Shown here piece by piece: positions 31,664-32,000 of a DNA stretch of 32,000 bases. Within the stretch, counting starts at the first letter, position 1, and each line of letters opens with the position of its first letter. Where the stretch lies: contig NZ_LN831039.1 of NCBI RefSeq assembly GCF_001457595.1, positions 2,610,001 to 2,642,000 of the forward strand. Reading direction: 5' to 3'. The notes beneath the pieces are model-generated. The model was given only the letters and a program-made list of their open reading frames with translations, had not been told where the DNA came from and did not search any database. The translations under genes and the position numbers were made by a program. The DNA is from Mycolicibacterium smegmatis. Lineage in GTDB: Bacteria; Actinomycetota; Actinomycetes; Mycobacteriales; Mycobacteriaceae.

Positions 31664-32000
31664 TGCCGGCCCCCTTCGAACAGGGTGCCCAATCCGGGCA
31701 GGACAGGCACCGGCCCCAGCAGTTCCATGCCCTTCCAGATCGTCACCTGGTTGGCGGTGAGAACGGGCTTGCCGACCGCGGTCTCCAGATCCTCGATGAT
31801 CGCCAGGGTGTGCATCGCGGTGTCGGGGACCAGCACCGCATCGGCCTCAGGGTGGTCCGCGGCCTTGACCATCGCGATCACGTCGTCGCGCTCCAGTGTG
31901 CCGACCTCGGCGGCCGTGATGATCCCGTGGCTGCCCATGGTCACCACCTCGATGCCGCCCGCCCGCAGGAATTCGACGAAGTGCTGCGCGACGTCCTCGG
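31660..32000 (-). CDS. Asp/Glu racemase superfamily protein (maleate isomerase / arylmalonate decarboxylase-like), C-terminal part; 5' end outside the window
   Basis: The minus-strand frame is open from the window edge (...EDVAQHFVEFLRAGGIEVVTMGSHGIITAAEV...DAVLVPDTAMHTLAIIEDLETAVGKPVLTANQVTIWKGMELLG). This pattern resembles the second half of maleate cis-trans isomerase-type proteins as I remember them. Confidence 0.55.
   Translation of the reverse strand, partial: EDVAQHFVEFLRAGGIEVVTMGSHGIITAAEVGTLERDDVIAMVKAADHPEADAVLVPDTAMHTLAIIEDLETAVGKPVLTANQVTIWKGMELLGPVPVLPGLGTLFEGGRQ

Noticed and set aside
1-32000. Search by eye for CRISPR arrays, IS elements/transposases, integrases, tRNA/rRNA genes, toxin-antitoxin pairs or known defence-system genes
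   Set aside because: I found no regularly spaced direct repeats, no terminal inverted repeats flanking a transposase-like ORF, no cloverleaf-capable conserved tRNA blocks in the few intergenic gaps, and no nuclease/ATPase/helicase-type defence proteins. The window reads as metabolic/regulatory chromosome. This conclusion is limited by having no search tools.

Overview
High-GC actinobacterial chromosome segment. Gene content and codon style look Mycobacterium/Mycolicibacterium-like, but that is inference only. The window is almost fully coding: about 28 protein genes, two strong bidirectional terminator hairpins and several palindromic operator candidates. By eye I found no rRNA, tRNA, CRISPR array, IS/transposase or phage genes. 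The left 9.4 kb is one tightly packed plus-strand operon: a three-subunit molybdenum hydroxylase (L-M-S order), an enamidase-like amidohydrolase, glutaryl-CoA dehydrogenase, a fused alpha/beta TPP-dependent E1, a family III CoA-transferase and thioesterase II. This operon converges, with a 117-nt CDS overlap, on the most unusual gene in the window. That gene is an ~860-aa fusion of an adenylate-forming enzyme, a phosphopantetheine carrier domain and a polytopic acyltransferase-3 membrane domain. It lies downstream of an N-terminally short AceE-type E1 paralogue with a divergent Lrp/AsnC regulator. The remainder contains: a frameshifted MFS transporter; a secreted cutinase; a MarR + aldo/keto reductase pair; an FAH-family hydrolase + SDR carrying an extra N-terminal domain; a co-directional GntR-DUF3500-SnoaL-IclR string; a flavin aromatic hydroxylase + DAPG/phloretin-hydrolase-like pair; an MHS-type MFS transporter; a divergent class III aminotransferase / semialdehyde dehydrogenase pair; a GntR regulator with a Gly/Lys/Asn-rich tail; and a truncated Asp/Glu-racemase-superfamily gene. 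A shared GATTGTC/GACAATC inverted-repeat motif sits in two divergent promoter regions about 2.9 kb apart. Many long ORFs in the supplied track are antisense or out-of-frame shadows typical of high-GC DNA and were rejected. All family calls rest on motifs I recognise by eye, and no database search was possible.
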